From Gemmataceae bacterium (GTDB lineage Bacteria > Planctomycetota > Planctomycetia > Gemmatales > Gemmataceae), in assembly GCA_036783645.1 (NCBI GenBank), contig DAIPWT010000009.1, positions 9,118 to 73,117 of the forward strand: a stretch of 64,000 nucleotides of DNA, read 5' to 3'. This document shows, piece by piece, positions 63,096 through 64,000 of this stretch (within the stretch, counting starts at the first letter, position 1; each line of letters opens with the position of its first letter). The notes beneath the pieces were generated by a model. The model made no database searches, was not told where the DNA came from, and was given only the letters and a program-made list of their open reading frames with translations. The position numbers and the translations under genes were made by a program.

Positions 63096-63863
63096 CTAAA
63101 ACGCCACCACCACAACCTGAATGACCTTCACCAGCAACACATCCGATACCAGCACCAGAAACAAGGCCGCCACCACGCCGGCGGTGGCCGCCCGGCCGAC
63201 GCCTTCGGCGCCGCCGCGCGCGTTCATGCCGAAGTAACAGCCCGACGCCCCGATAAGCCAACCGAACACCACGGTCTTGAGCGTGGCCGGGATGGCGTCT
63301 CGCAACGTGAGGACGCGCAAACATTCGTTAAAGAATTGCCGGCCGGTGAGCGTACCGCCGAGCGTCTCGGCCAACCAGCCGGCGACGAGCGCCGTGACGG
63401 CGATAAAAATGGTGAGCAGCGGCAGCGCCAACATACACGCCAACACGCGGGGCGCCGTCAGCTCGCGCATCGGCGAGAGACCCTGCGCTTCGAGGGCGTC
63501 GATTTGTTCGGTAAGGACCATTGCACCGAGGCCGGCGCCGAGGCTGGCCCCGGTACGGCCCGCGACGATCAGCCCCGCCGCCAGGGGCGCGAACTCCAAA
63601 ACCACAGCCAGAGCCAGAGCTTGCGGTAAGTAGACCACCGCGCCTGGCCCGGCGACGGCCGTCAGGGTGCCGCGCAGGTGCAGCCAGACGACCACGCCGA
63701 TGGCCGTGCCGGCCGTCAACGCGAGGGGCAACGCTCCCATCAGCACGTCGGACAGCTGAGCGGCCAACTCGCGCGGCCGAACCAAGGCGTGCGGTAACGC
63801 CGCCAAGGAGCGCAGGGCGAAGTGGGTGAGACGGCCCAGGGTTTCGAGCGCGGCGAACATCAT
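63096..63863 (-). CDS. mlaE: MlaE-family ABC transporter permease
   Basis: Start ATG 63861-63863. EQIDALEAQGLSPMRELTAPRVLA and GGAEGVGRATT-like conserved blocks. Multiple TM helices. Confidence 0.85.
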   Translation of the reverse strand: MMFAALETLGRLTHFALRSLAALPHALVRPRELAAQLSDVLMGALPLALTAGTAIGVVVWLHLRGTLTAVAGPGAVVYLPQALALAVVLEFAPLAAGLIVAGRTGASLGAGLGAMVLTEQIDALEAQGLSPMRELTAPRVLACMLALPLLTIFIAVTALVAGWLAETLGGTLTGRQFFNECLRVLTLRDAIPATLKTVVFGWLIGASGCYFGMNARGGAEGVGRAATAGVVAALFLVLVSDVLLVKVIQVVVVAF

Positions 63864-63864
63864 C

Positions 63865-64000
63865 TTAGACGGTTGCCAAGACCGGTTCACGTTTCGCGCC
63901 CCTGGCGCGCCGCGTCTGGGTTTCCTTACGGAACAGACTGAGTAGCTCCATCCGCAGGTCAACGTCGTCGGCGCCGCGGCTATCCCATTCGCGCAACACG
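63865..64000 (-). CDS. 3' end of an upstream ORF running off the window
   Basis: Open frame ...VLREWDSRGADDVDLRMELLSLFRKETQTRRARGAKREPVLATV*, with TAA at 63865-63867 one nt before the mlaE-like start. Confidence 0.35.
   Translation of the reverse strand, partial: VLREWDSRGADDVDLRMELLSLFRKETQTRRARGAKREPVLATV

Overview
High-GC bacterial chromosomal segment. The gene content suggests a Gemmata-type planctomycete: ECF sigma factors with long C-terminal extensions, TPR-CHAT proteins, a Ser/Thr kinase, multihaem cytochromes and dense palindromic intergenic elements. This is inference only; no rRNA or tRNA gene is present to anchor it. Layout, left to right: (1) 1-4.6 kb housekeeping and envelope genes (ArfB, polysaccharide deacetylase, CelD-like GNAT). 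(2) 4.6-11.7 kb, minus strand, a phage-head-like cluster: HK97-fold capsid, gp6-like connector, an embedded GT2 glycosyltransferase, a ParB-like protein, an ABC-ATPase::GNAT fusion and a TerS-like HTH protein. It lacks portal, large terminase, protease, tail and integrase, and every intergenic gap holds a palindromic repeat. (3) 11.7-16.8 kb ordinary genes (thioredoxin-like, aldehyde dehydrogenase, LolA-like). (4) 16.9-37.4 kb, an accessory patch that looks more A/T-rich by eye. It holds a MORC-like GHKL ATPase, an FHA-GAF adenylate cyclase preceded by two small genes, small TA-like cassettes including a PIN toxin destroyed by a MITE-like palindrome, and a type II C5-methyltransferase/endonuclease pair abutting a truncated Ser/Thr kinase. 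It also holds a RecA-fold AAA ATPase and a 7.4-kb cassette (PLD-SNF2 helicase-nuclease, Eco57I-like N6-adenine methyltransferase, frameshifted DUF2442). That cassette is bracketed by an imperfect direct repeat that duplicates the 3' end of the AAA ATPase gene. (5) 37.5-40.7 kb two paralogous multihaem cytochromes. (6) 41-49 kb, a decaying region with three copies of a CHAT-protease 3' end (two truncated; the full one carries an in-frame TGA), an ECF sigma/anti-sigma pair and an IS transposase remnant. (7) 49-64 kb mostly ordinary genes (prenyltransferase-like, DUF362, two extended ECF sigmas, alpha/beta hydrolase, metallophosphoesterase, a stress-protein trio, MlaE). No CRISPR array, rRNA or tRNA was recognised. 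All calls rest on motif recognition by eye; no database search or computation was run. Starts were re-chosen from signal peptides, RBS and overlaps where the ORF track ran through repeats.
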